Source of the DNA: Bacillota bacterium
GTDB taxonomy: Bacteria > Sysuimicrobiota > Sysuimicrobiia > Sysuimicrobiales > Segetimicrobiaceae
DNA: 64,000 nt
Direction of reading: 5' to 3'
NCBI GenBank assembly: GCA_021324975.1
Contig: JAJPIA010000011.1
Location: forward strand, 15,984-79,983
How positions within the stretch are numbered: position 1 is the first letter of the stretch; every line of letters starts with the position of its first letter. A program made the position numbers and the translations under genes. Positions 9,232 through 18,281 of this stretch are shown piece after piece. Under the pieces are notes generated by a model, which had not been told where the DNA came from, searched no databases, and worked only from the letters and a program-made list of their open reading frames with translations.

Positions 9232-10326
9232 GTGACCGACGACAGTGCGAAGCTCGTAGCCGTCGGTGAGGCGATCGACAGCCTCTGCACGATCGAAATC
9301 ACGGGACGCGGCGTCGTGGGCGCCCTCGCCGGCGCCGCCCGCGCGGCGCAGACAGGGCCGATGTGTCTGCGGGCGGCGCAGGAGCTCGCCCGGCGCGTTC
9401 AGCCGGGCGACACGGTCGTCATCGCCACCGGCCTGCCCACGTATCCGTGGTTCTTCGGGGAGCAGGACGGTCCCATCGGCGCGGCGACGCTCGCCCGCGC
9501 GTTGGTCCTCGGGCTCGCCGCGCGGCCCGTGATCGTCACGGAGGCGATCCACGTCGACATGTGCCGCGCAGCCGTGCGGGGCGCGGGGCTGTATGCCCGC
9601 GGCCTCGAAGACGCGCTCCGGTTGCCCACGACGGTCGGTGTGGTCGAGTTCCCGACCGACCCCGAGCGCGCCGAGCGCGAGGCGGCCCACCTGCTCGAGC
9701 GGCTGCGCCCCAAGGCCCTGATCGCGATCGAACGTCCGGGCGCGAACGAGCACGGCCACTACCACGCGGCCAAAGGCTATCGTCTGACCGAGCACTGCGC
9801 CAAGGTCGACGGCCTGTTTGCGCGCGGGAAGGCGGCCGGCGTCTATACGGTCGGCATCGGGGACGGCGGGAACGAGCTCGGCTGCGCCGTGATCAAGGAC
9901 GCGGTGATGGCGACGGTCCCGTACGGGGCCAAGTGCCAGTGCCCCTGCGGCGGCAGCGTCGTCCCGGCGTTCGTACCGGACCAACTCATCATCGCGGCGA
10001 TCTCCAACTGGGGAGCCTACGGCATCGAGGCGGCGCTGGGCCTGGTGCTGGAGCGGGAGCTTGTGCACGATCGCGATCTCGATCGCCGCGTGCACGAGCT
10101 GTGCGCAGCCGCCGAGGCGAACAACAACGGTCCCGGCCTCCTCGACCCCGGGACCGACGCCGTGCCCACAGAAGTGCACGGCGACTTCGTGAGGCTGCTC
10201 GGGTTCATGATTCAGAGCGGCATCGATTTCGGCCGCCTGTACAAGGAACCGCGGTACCCGTGGCTCCGCCGCGTAGAGACACCGTCCGGGCGATCGCCGG
10301 CTCCGAGGGAGGACACCCCGCGATGA
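9232..10326 (+). CDS. DUF4392 / D-glutamate cyclase-like protein
   Basis: GIGDGGNELGCA and CQCPCGGS motifs characteristic of the DUF4392 (D-glutamate cyclase) family. GTG start at 9232 preceded by AAAGGAG. Confidence 0.55.
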   Translation: MTDDSAKLVAVGEAIDSLCTIEITGRGVVGALAGAARAAQTGPMCLRAAQELARRVQPGDTVVIATGLPTYPWFFGEQDGPIGAATLARALVLGLAARPVIVTEAIHVDMCRAAVRGAGLYARGLEDALRLPTTVGVVEFPTDPERAEREAAHLLERLRPKALIAIERPGANEHGHYHAAKGYRLTEHCAKVDGLFARGKAAGVYTVGIGDGGNELGCAVIKDAVMATVPYGAKCQCPCGGSVVPAFVPDQLIIAAISNWGAYGIEAALGLVLERELVHDRDLDRRVHELCAAAEANNNGPGLLDPGTDAVPTEVHGDFVRLLGFMIQSGIDFGRLYKEPRYPWLRRVETPSGRSPAPREDTPR

Positions 10327-11393
10327 CCCAGCCCACCTACACCGCCGACGATCTGCGCGCGCGCATCGCCGCCCTTCCGCGCGTGCGGCTCGGATTTCTC
10401 CCGACGCCGATCCAGCGCTGCGCCCACCTCTCCGCGGATCTCGGGGTGGACCTGTGGGTGAAGCGCGACGATCTCACCGGGCCGGCGTTCGGCGGCAATA
10501 AGATGCGCAACCTGGAATGGCGCATGGCCGAGGCGCAGGCGTCGGGCGCCGATATCTTGGTGTTCGGCGTGGAGGCGACGTCCAACTCCGCGCGGCAGAC
10601 GACCGCCGCGGCGAACATGCTCGGGCTGCCGCTCGTGCTCGTGCTCCGCGGCCACCCCGACACGGACGTCCAGGGCAATCTCTTGTGCGACCTCGTGCTC
10701 GGCGCGGAGGTACGGCTGCTCGATCTGCCGAGCTATCACGATCTCGGCCGCGCCGTCGCCGAGGTGGTCGACGAGCTCCGTGCGCAGGGGCGGCGGCCGT
10801 GGAGCCTCAATCACGGCAAGATGTTCGAGGTCGGCGCCGCCCTGGCGACGGTCGAAAACTTCCTCGAGATCCTGGACTTGCTCGCGCCGCATGGCCGCCG
10901 CCCGGAAGCGATCTACATCTCCTCGGGCGGCAAGGGGCTGGCCGGCCTCGCCCTGGCCAAAAAGGCGCTGGGGTTGGCCGTGCGCGTGGTCGGGGTGTCG
11001 TGCACGAGCAACGAGGACCCCTGGCAGTACGCGTCGGACACCGCGAACGCGGCGGCGGCGCTGCTCGATCTCGCCGTCACGGTGTCCCCGCAGGAGATCG
11101 AGGCCACGTACGATTACATCGGTCCGGGCTACGGCATCCCGACGCCCGACGGGATGGATGCGATCCTCGCGTTCGCGCGCCGGGAGGCGATCGTGCTCGA
11201 TCCGGTGTACACGGGCAAGGCGGCCGCGGGCCTCCTGGACCACATCCGCCGGGGGATCGTGCCCCAGGGCGCCACGGTGGTCTTCATTCACACAGGCGGC
11301 CAGCCGGCGTTGTTTACGCAGAGTGAGGCGATCGTCCGCCATATCCAGGCGCGGCGCGCCGGCGCCGCGCGGGCCACGGAGGCGCGTGCGTGA
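10323..11393 (+). CDS. PLP-dependent ACC deaminase / D-cysteine desulfhydrase family enzyme
   Basis: PTPIQRC...DDLTGPAFGGNKMRNLE lysine-PLP region and tryptophan-synthase-beta fold signatures. ATG overlaps the upstream stop (ATGA). Confidence 0.75.
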   Translation: MTQPTYTADDLRARIAALPRVRLGFLPTPIQRCAHLSADLGVDLWVKRDDLTGPAFGGNKMRNLEWRMAEAQASGADILVFGVEATSNSARQTTAAANMLGLPLVLVLRGHPDTDVQGNLLCDLVLGAEVRLLDLPSYHDLGRAVAEVVDELRAQGRRPWSLNHGKMFEVGAALATVENFLEILDLLAPHGRRPEAIYISSGGKGLAGLALAKKALGLAVRVVGVSCTSNEDPWQYASDTANAAAALLDLAVTVSPQEIEATYDYIGPGYGIPTPDGMDAILAFARREAIVLDPVYTGKAAAGLLDHIRRGIVPQGATVVFIHTGGQPALFTQSEAIVRHIQARRAGAARATEARA

Positions 11394-12982
11394 GGATTCG
11401 CGCAGGGGTTGCGCTCCTCGCGGTCCTCGTCGGAGCGGTGCTCCTGCTCGCTCCGATGGTGGAGGCGCAGGGCGATCGCACGCTCACCTACGCGCAGAGC
11501 GTCCCGGTGACGGCGATGGACACGGCAGGGCCGTCGATCGGGACCGTGTACCCCGCGGGCTATGAAGCAATGTACCTCGTCTACGACAATCTTGTGGCGT
11601 TCAATGAGCGGATGGCAATCGTGCCGCAGTTGGCGACGGCCTGGTCGGTCTCCAAGGATGGGTTGACATGGACCTTTAAGCTCCGGCGGGGCGTTGTGTT
11701 CCAGGACGGCACCCCCTTCAACGCGGACGCGGTCGTGTTCCACATCACGCGGCAGATCGACCCCACCGTCAATCCGTCGAATCGCCCCCTGTGGGATCCC
11801 ATCGCCGGTGCCCGCAAGGTCGACGACTCGACCGTGGCGATTACGACCAAGCAGCCTTTCGGTGCGCTGCTCAACACCCTGGCCCATGCCTCCGGCGGCA
11901 TCGTGAGCCCCGCCGCCGTCCGGCGGCTGGGCGACGGGTTTGCCCGCGCCCCCGTCGGGGCGGGACCCTACGCCGTTGAGCGGCTCGAGACAGGCAGCGA
12001 GCTCGCCCTCCGCCGCTTCGACCGCTACTGGGGCGGGACCCCGGGGTATGCCCGCGTCGTCCTGCGCCACGTTCCCGATCCCACCACCCGGATCGCGCTC
12101 CTGCAGGCCGGGCAGGCCGACGTCATCAACGCGGTCCCCCCGGAGAGCGTCCCGCAGCTCCAAGCCGCGCCGGACGTCGAGGTCATCGCGCGGCCGGCGC
12201 TTCGCACGTTTGGGTTTGCCTTCAACCTCAACCGGCCGATGTTCCAGGATGTGCGCGTGCGGCAGGCCTTCAGCCTGGCGATCAACCGCCCGGCCGTCAT
12301 CAGCGCCATCTTCAAGGGGTTCGCGACCCAGATCGACTCGCCGCTCTCTCGGTTGACGACCGGGCACGCGGCGGCCGGCCAGCTGACGTACGACGTGAGC
12401 AGGGCCAAAACGCTGCTCGCCGAGGCCGGGTGGAAGCCCGGGCCCGACGGCGTCCTGCGGCGGGACGGGGCGCCCTTTGACATCTCGGTGCTGACGCCGG
12501 TTGGGCTGTTCCCCAAGGACATCGAGGTGACGCAGGCGTTTCAGGACTTCCTCCGCGCGGTTGGCGTGCGCGCGTCGATCAACCGTGTCGAACCCGCCGC
12601 GTTTTGGGACTACCTCCGCGTGCCGCCGGACCGCCTGCGGTGGGATATGGCGCTCTTCGGCTTCAACCCGTCGAACGGCGACGGCGCCTATCACCTCGCG
12701 TCGTTGTTCGAGAGCAACCCGAGTCGCAGCGAGCCCCCAAAGGTCTGGAACTTCGCGTGGTACTCGAACCCCAAGGTGGACGCGTGGCTCCATCAAGCGG
12801 ACACCACGGTCGTTCCGGCGCAGCGAACCCGTCTGCTGGCGCAGGCCCAGCGCGCGATCTGGGCCGATGCCCCGTACGTGTGGCTCTACGCGGAGAACGC
12901 CATCGTCGCGAAGCGCAAGGCCGTCAAAGACGTGCAGGTCCTGCCGATCGTGTTCACGATTCTCCGAAACGCGAAGCCGTAG
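11390..12982 (+). CDS. ABC transporter substrate-binding protein, family 5 (peptide/nickel/opine type)
   Basis: Signal peptide then SBP_bac_5 core (WTFKLRRGVVFQDGTPFNADAVVF). Confidence 0.8.
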   Translation: MRIRAGVALLAVLVGAVLLLAPMVEAQGDRTLTYAQSVPVTAMDTAGPSIGTVYPAGYEAMYLVYDNLVAFNERMAIVPQLATAWSVSKDGLTWTFKLRRGVVFQDGTPFNADAVVFHITRQIDPTVNPSNRPLWDPIAGARKVDDSTVAITTKQPFGALLNTLAHASGGIVSPAAVRRLGDGFARAPVGAGPYAVERLETGSELALRRFDRYWGGTPGYARVVLRHVPDPTTRIALLQAGQADVINAVPPESVPQLQAAPDVEVIARPALRTFGFAFNLNRPMFQDVRVRQAFSLAINRPAVISAIFKGFATQIDSPLSRLTTGHAAAGQLTYDVSRAKTLLAEAGWKPGPDGVLRRDGAPFDISVLTPVGLFPKDIEVTQAFQDFLRAVGVRASINRVEPAAFWDYLRVPPDRLRWDMALFGFNPSNGDGAYHLASLFESNPSRSEPPKVWNFAWYSNPKVDAWLHQADTTVVPAQRTRLLAQAQRAIWADAPYVWLYAENAIVAKRKAVKDVQVLPIVFTILRNAKP

Positions 12983-13004
12983 CCCGCCCGGGGCACGGGG
13001 TGCC

Positions 13005-13937
13005 GTGCCCGAGAACGTGGCGCTCTTTACCGTCCGCCGCCTCAGCCTGCTCGTCCCGCAAGCGCTCGGGATCGTCACCCTGATTTTCGTGCTCTTCCGG
13101 CTCGTCCCGGGCGATCCGGCCGTGATTGTGGCCGGACCAAACTCTACCGCGGCGCAGGTCAACGCGATCCGGCACGAGCTCGGGCTCGACCGGCCGCTCT
13201 ACGCGCAATACGGCCGGTTCGTCCGCGATCTCTCGCGCGGAGACATGGGCACCTCCCTCAGCCTGCGGCTTCCCGTGACGACCGTGATCCTGGCCCGGCT
13301 GCCGGCGACGCTCGTCCTCATGGTCGCCAGCCTGGCCGTCACGGTCGCGCTGGCGATCTCGAGCGGTGTGCTCTCGGCCGTTCGGCCGCACGGGGTAGTC
13401 GCGCAGGCCGTGACGGCGGCCTCGGCGCTCGCCCTCTCGATCCCCAACTTTCTCCTCGGCATGATCTTGATCGAATACCTGGCGGTGCGGCTGCGTCTCT
13501 TGCCGCCGGCCGGCACGGGCGGTCCGGCCTTTGTCGTCATGCCGACGCTGGCCGTCGCCGCACGGCTCATCGCCCTCGTGAGCCGCACCACGCGGGCGAG
13601 CATCCTGGAGACGCTCGGCGACGATTACGTCCGCACCGCGCGCGCCAAGGGTCTGGCCGCGAGAACGGTGTTGTATCGGCACGCGCTCAAATCCGCGATG
13701 GTGCCGGTCGTCACCATGATCGGGCTGCAGGCGGGGTACCTGCTCGGCGGCTCGGTCGTCGTGGAGACGCTCTTTGCGTACCAGGGGTTGGGCCAAGCCA
13801 TGATCACGGCGGTCTCCCTGCGCGACTATTTTCTTGTCCAGGGCATCACGGTCGTCTACGTGGTCGGGTTTCTCCTGGTGAATCTCGGGGTCGACCTGTC
13901 GTACGCGTTCTTCGACCCCCGTGTGAGGTTTACATGA
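13005..13937 (+). CDS. ABC transporter permease (DppB/OppB-like)
   Basis: N-terminal RRLSLLVPQALGIVTLIFVL, EAA loop; GTG start (13005 or 13017). Confidence 0.8.
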   Translation: MPENVALFTVRRLSLLVPQALGIVTLIFVLFRLVPGDPAVIVAGPNSTAAQVNAIRHELGLDRPLYAQYGRFVRDLSRGDMGTSLSLRLPVTTVILARLPATLVLMVASLAVTVALAISSGVLSAVRPHGVVAQAVTAASALALSIPNFLLGMILIEYLAVRLRLLPPAGTGGPAFVVMPTLAVAARLIALVSRTTRASILETLGDDYVRTARAKGLAARTVLYRHALKSAMVPVVTMIGLQAGYLLGGSVVVETLFAYQGLGQAMITAVSLRDYFLVQGITVVYVVGFLLVNLGVDLSYAFFDPRVRFT

Positions 13938-14782
13938 GCGCCACGGCGGGCAGGCGGCTCACGCGGGTGTTGCGCGCGCCGGTGACGGCAGCCGGGACCA
14001 TCCTCGTGGCCGCATACCTCATGCTCGGCGCGGGCGGTCCCTGGACCGCCCCCTATGACCCGGACGCGCAGGACCTTGGAGCCGCCCTCCAGCCTCCGTC
14101 GCCGCGGCACTGGCTCGGCACGGACGATCTGGGGCGGGACCTGGCCAGCCGGGTGATCGTCGCGGCGCGCGTCGACCTTGCCGTCGTCGTCTTGGGCCTG
14201 GCCGTTGCGGTCGGGACCGCCCTCCCCGTCGGGCTCGTCGCCGGTTACGCGGGCGGCACGGCCGACCGCGCACTGATGGGCCTCTCCGACGCCGCGCTGA
14301 CGTTTCCGTCCCTCGTGCTCGCGGTCGTCCTCGTGAGCCTGGTCGGCGCGGGTCTGCGAAGCGTCGTTCTCGCCCTGGGGCTGACGACGGCCCCCGCCCT
14401 CGCCCGGCTGATCCGCAGCCTCGTCCTCACCGCGGCCCGCGCAGAGTACGTGGAGGCGGCGCGCGCGCTCGGCGCCGGCGCGCCACGCATGATCTGGCGC
14501 CACATCCTTCCCAACATCGCCGGGCGTGTCGCCGTCTACATGACCCTCGCGGGCAGCTACGCCGTGCTCACCATCACGGCGCTGGGTTTCCTCGGTCTCG
14601 GGGTGCAGCCCCCGACGGCCGAGTGGGGGAACATGCTCGCGACGACACGGACCTACCTCGCGACGGCGCCGTGGCTGATCGCGGCGCCCGGCGCGGCGAT
14701 CGTCGTGTTCATTTTCGCGGTAAACGCGGTCGGGGAGGCGCTGCGGGACCTGTTTGATCCGCGCCTCGTGTGGGGCCCCTGA
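13934..14782 (+). CDS. ABC transporter permease (DppC/OppC-like)
   Basis: HWLGTDDLGRD N-terminal motif of DppC family; overlaps the upstream permease stop. Confidence 0.8.
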   Translation: MSATAGRRLTRVLRAPVTAAGTILVAAYLMLGAGGPWTAPYDPDAQDLGAALQPPSPRHWLGTDDLGRDLASRVIVAARVDLAVVVLGLAVAVGTALPVGLVAGYAGGTADRALMGLSDAALTFPSLVLAVVLVSLVGAGLRSVVLALGLTTAPALARLIRSLVLTAARAEYVEAARALGAGAPRMIWRHILPNIAGRVAVYMTLAGSYAVLTITALGFLGLGVQPPTAEWGNMLATTRTYLATAPWLIAAPGAAIVVFIFAVNAVGEALRDLFDPRLVWGP

Positions 14783-14828
14783 CTCGTGCCGCGCGCCGCG
14801 GCGGCCCGCCGGGGCGCCGTGCGTGTGC

Positions 14829-16244
14829 TCAGTCCCCCAGCACGCGGTCGCCCGGGGCCTTGACCCCGGGGCCCACGCCGGCAAACTCCGCGAGCCGTAG
14901 GCCGCTCAGCACGGCCGCGGCCGCCGCAAAAGCGGCGGCCAGCGTGATCGCGATGAGCGTCCCGTGCCCGACGCCCCCGTGCTGCGCGGTGAGGCCGAAC
15001 GCGAGCGCGACGAGCGCGGCGCCCGTTGTCTGGCCGATCAGGCGGGCCGAAGAGATGACACCGCTCGCGTTGCCGCTCCGCGCGCGCGGCACGCTCGCGA
15101 TGATGGCGCGATTGTTGGGGGACTGGAACAGCCCGAAGCCGAGGCCGCAGAGCGCCATGCGCCACACGATGTCGCGCGCCGCCGGATGCGGCGACAGGAG
15201 CGCCACCAGCGCCAGGCCCCCGCTCAAGAGCGCCAGGCCGAGCCCGCCCAGGCCGCCGGCGGGGTAGCGGTCGGCCAGCCGTCCGGCGATGGGCGCGATG
15301 GCCGCCACCGCGAGCGGCCACGGCGTCATCAAGAGCCCCGTTTCGACCTGCCCCCGCCCCAGCACGTCCTGAAAATAGAACGGCAGCGACACGAACGCGA
15401 GCCCCTGCGCCGTAAACGAGCAGACGGACGTCACCGCGGAGAGCGCGAAGACCGGCCGGCGGAATAGGTCGACCGGAAGCATCGGCGCGGGCAGTGCGAG
15501 CTGACGGCGCGCCAGGATGAACCCGAACATCGCCGCCGCCAGAAACTCGGCGGTGATCAACGCGGCGGTCTCTCCGTGGCCGAGCCCGTCGATCGCGGTC
15601 ACGAGCAATCCGAACGCCGCGGCGCTCACCAGCGCGCTCGCGATGTCGAACCGCTGGGGCGAGCCCGCCGGCCGGGGCAGGGAACGGAGCGACAGAGCCA
15701 GCGCAACGAGACCGAGGGGGACATTGATCAAAAACAGCCACTGCCACGACGCGACGGAGAGGATGCCCGCGGCGACCGTCGGGCCGGCGGCCGAAGCCAC
15801 GGCGACGACCAGCGTGTTGATGCCGAGGCCGCGCCCCAACAGCCGGCGCGGGTAGATGAACCGAATGAGCGCGGTGTTGACGCTCGTGATCCCGGCCGCG
15901 CCAAACCCTAGGAGCACGCGGGCTAGGGTCAGCGCGAGGAGCGAATGCGACGTCGCGCACCCGAGCGACGCGAGCGTAAACAGGCCGAGGCCGCTCCAGT
16001 AGACGCGGCGGTAGCCAAAGATGTCGCCGAGCGAGGAGAACGGCAGCAGGGAGATCGTGATCGTCAACTGGTACGCGTTGACGACCCAGATCGATGCCGC
16101 GGGGCTCGCACCGACGTCTCTGGCGATGGTGGGAAGCGCGATATTGGCGATCGCACTGTCCAGGACCGCCATCGCGACCGCGATGGCAATCGTGAGGATC
16201 GCCCAGTAGCGCTGCGGGAGGGGAAGGCCGTCGGTCGCTTCCAT
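14829..16244 (-). CDS. MFS transporter (DHA2/EmrB-like, 14 TM)
   Basis: MFS signatures (LDSAIANIALPTIARD, GRRVYWSGLGLF); ATG at 16244 within ORF 14829..16367. Confidence 0.8.
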   Translation of the reverse strand: MEATDGLPLPQRYWAILTIAIAVAMAVLDSAIANIALPTIARDVGASPAASIWVVNAYQLTITISLLPFSSLGDIFGYRRVYWSGLGLFTLASLGCATSHSLLALTLARVLLGFGAAGITSVNTALIRFIYPRRLLGRGLGINTLVVAVASAAGPTVAAGILSVASWQWLFLINVPLGLVALALSLRSLPRPAGSPQRFDIASALVSAAAFGLLVTAIDGLGHGETAALITAEFLAAAMFGFILARRQLALPAPMLPVDLFRRPVFALSAVTSVCSFTAQGLAFVSLPFYFQDVLGRGQVETGLLMTPWPLAVAAIAPIAGRLADRYPAGGLGGLGLALLSGGLALVALLSPHPAARDIVWRMALCGLGFGLFQSPNNRAIIASVPRARSGNASGVISSARLIGQTTGAALVALAFGLTAQHGGVGHGTLIAITLAAAFAAAAAVLSGLRLAEFAGVGPGVKAPGDRVLGD

Positions 16245-16354
16245 TTCGTGGCAGTTGCAAGCTTCGACCCGCGAGCGCCCGCGTTCCTGCGACGCGCCGG
16301 CCCGTGAGGGCGCGCCGGCGCCGTGGGTAAACCCTAGGCGGGAGGTGAGCGACC

Positions 16355-16570
16355 ATGGACAAGGCACGCTTTGCCGCCCGATGGCACGAGTTGCGCCGTG
16401 AGGTGCAGCGACAGTGGAACCGCGTGACCGATGAGGAACTGGATCGGGTGCACGGCGACCCCGACGTGCTCATCGGCATCTTAATGGAGAAGTACGAGGA
16501 GCCGCGTCGAGCGGTTGAGCTTCAGGTTAAGCGCCTGACCGAACGCGCACCGCAGATCGGCGCGAGCTGA
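16355..16570 (+). CDS. CsbD-family stress-response protein
   Basis: W..L...V...W..VTDEELD....D.L.G.L.EKY pattern of CsbD (pfam05532); 71 aa; SD GGGAGGTGAG. Confidence 0.6.
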   Translation: MDKARFAARWHELRREVQRQWNRVTDEELDRVHGDPDVLIGILMEKYEEPRRAVELQVKRLTERAPQIGAS

Positions 16571-16599
16571 TCCGGGACGGAACGCGGGCGTATCGGCGG

Positions 16600-17022
16600 A
16601 TGATTGTGCGTCCTGTCACCACCATGCTCGGCATCGTCCTCGGCGTGGCGGTCCTGGGCGTCGTGCTGACGCCCGGATCCACCTGGCCGGCGGGGTTGTC
16701 CGCCCATCTGCGATCGATTGCCGCGTCCCCCTCGGCCGTGTTCAGCGGCGGTCTGGTCGCGATGGCCGTCGTGCTGGTCGCTCTCGAGATCCTGCGCCAG
16801 CGACGCCGCGGGGCGCGTGCCCGGCAGGCCCGGGCGTTCCCGGGGCCGGGGTCCGGCGTGGCCCGGCGGCGAGAATCGCCGGGTCTGCGCGCCCCGAACG
16901 TGTCCCCCTCACCGCGACGCGGGTGGGGATGGCTCCAGGCGCTCAGCCATCGCGGCCAACGCGGCGAGCAGCAGTCGCGCCGCGGTGCGGGCGGTCACTT
17001 CCGCCCAGTCGTACGGTGGTGA
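16600..17022 (+). CDS. Hypothetical small membrane protein (two predicted TM helices); 3' end uncertain
   Basis: High GC3 frame, hydrophobic N-terminal half. The C-terminal part overlaps the convergent agmatinase gene, so the real stop may be earlier or the ORF spurious. Confidence 0.3.
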   Translation: MIVRPVTTMLGIVLGVAVLGVVLTPGSTWPAGLSAHLRSIAASPSAVFSGGLVAMAVVLVALEILRQRRRGARARQARAFPGPGSGVARRRESPGLRAPNVSPSPRRGWGWLQALSHRGQRGEQQSRRGAGGHFRPVVRW

Positions 17023-17871
17023 CACCTCGACGAGGTCTAAACCGATGATGCGGCACCGCGCCGCGATGGCACGGACGGCGTCGCGGACTTCGGTGTAGCT
17101 GAGCCCGCCGGGCTCGGGTGTGCCTGTGCCGGGCGCCGTCGCGATATCGAGCACGTCGATGTCGATGCTGAGGTAGCACGCGGTTTCCGGCGGCAGGACC
17201 GCGGCGGCCGCGTCCGGACCGCCCCGACGCAGCTCCGTGGCCGACACCGTCTGGACGCCGTAGCCGGCCGCGGCTTCCAATGGCTCCGCGTACTTTTGCA
17301 GGGCGCGGAGGCCGAGCTGCGAGATCCCGGCGACGAACGGCAACTCCGAGACGCGGCGCATGACGTTGCCGTGTCCGAACCGGTTCCCCTGCCGTTCGTC
17401 CACAAAGTCTTGATGCGTGTCGAACTGGACGACGTGCACCGGCCCGCGGTCCGCGAACGCCCGCAGCACGGGAAACGTGATCGCGTGATCGCCGCCCACA
17501 ACAACCGGCAGGCTGCCGTCCGCCAGGATCTCGGCCGCGGCGGCGGTGATCCGGTCCAGGTTATCGGGGATCACCGCCGGCGCAATCTCGACGTCGCCCC
17601 AATCGGCCATCGTCACGCCGCGCAGAATCCAGCGACGGAGGTCCAGGTCATACCAGCCGCCCGCGGGCACATCGTCGCGGGAGTGGTAAGACCACCACAT
17701 CGAGGCGGCGCGGACGGCCGCCGGACCGAATCGCGCGCCCGGTCGCAACGTGGTCCCAAGATCGAACGGCACGCCGAGGAACGCCACGTCCGTCTTGACA
17801 TCGCGGCTGGGGTCGCGCGGCGGCGCCCCGAAGAACGTCGGGAACCGCGCGCGTGAAACGGCTCCGGTCAC
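16909..17871 (-). CDS. Agmatinase / arginase-family ureohydrolase
   Basis: GGDHAITFP, DTHQDF and SIDIDVLD manganese-binding motifs. Confidence 0.8.
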   Translation of the reverse strand: MTGAVSRARFPTFFGAPPRDPSRDVKTDVAFLGVPFDLGTTLRPGARFGPAAVRAASMWWSYHSRDDVPAGGWYDLDLRRWILRGVTMADWGDVEIAPAVIPDNLDRITAAAAEILADGSLPVVVGGDHAITFPVLRAFADRGPVHVVQFDTHQDFVDERQGNRFGHGNVMRRVSELPFVAGISQLGLRALQKYAEPLEAAAGYGVQTVSATELRRGGPDAAAAVLPPETACYLSIDIDVLDIATAPGTGTPEPGGLSYTEVRDAVRAIAARCRIIGLDLVEVSPPYDWAEVTARTAARLLLAALAAMAERLEPSPPASR

Positions 17872-18077
17872 CCGTCATGCCTCCTTTCGGCGGTCGGGAC
17901 GATCGTGGTGCGCTAACGCGGCAGCGCCAGCGCGCCGCACGTCAGGAGCGCCGCGCCGACCGCCGCCCGGATCGAGATCCGGCGCGCCTGCCGCCGCAGC
18001 CGCGTGCGCTCCGCTGGGTCCTGGATGCGCTCGACCGTGTCGATGATGTTACGCGCCCCGCGCGCAGCGAGCTGGAT

Positions 18078-18281
18078 TCAGGTCGCCTCCCGCCACTGCA
18101 GGACGCCCAGGCCGGCGCCCCAGAACAGCGGCAGCAGCACAAGACGCCACCATCGATCCACGCCCATGTCGACGAACACCGCCAGCAGCGCGAGGCTCAG
18201 GCCGAGCAGGGCGATGCCGATCGCGAGGCGCTTCCGCCGCTCGCCGGCGCCGATGTTGGTGATGCAGGCCGCCCCGGTCAC
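18078..18281 (-). CDS. DUF2892 family small membrane protein (YgaP-like)
   Basis: [22 protein letters not shown] motif. GTG start overlapping the pgi stop (GTGA), so translationally coupled; 67 aa. Confidence 0.5.
   Translation of the reverse strand: MTGAACITNIGAGERRKRLAIGIALLGLSLALLAVFVDMGVDRWWRLVLLPLFWGAGLGVLQWREAT

Noticed and set aside
8575-10179. 534-aa Arg/Pro/Gly-rich ORF on the minus strand
   Set aside because: It is antisense to the DUF4392 gene and the hypothetical gene, with low-complexity composition and no domains. This is a typical antisense artefact in 70% GC DNA.
9363-10322. N-terminal 320 codons of ORF 9363..11393
   Set aside because: This is the alternate frame over the DUF4392 gene. 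The genuine PLP-enzyme gene begins at ATG 10323, which overlaps the upstream stop.
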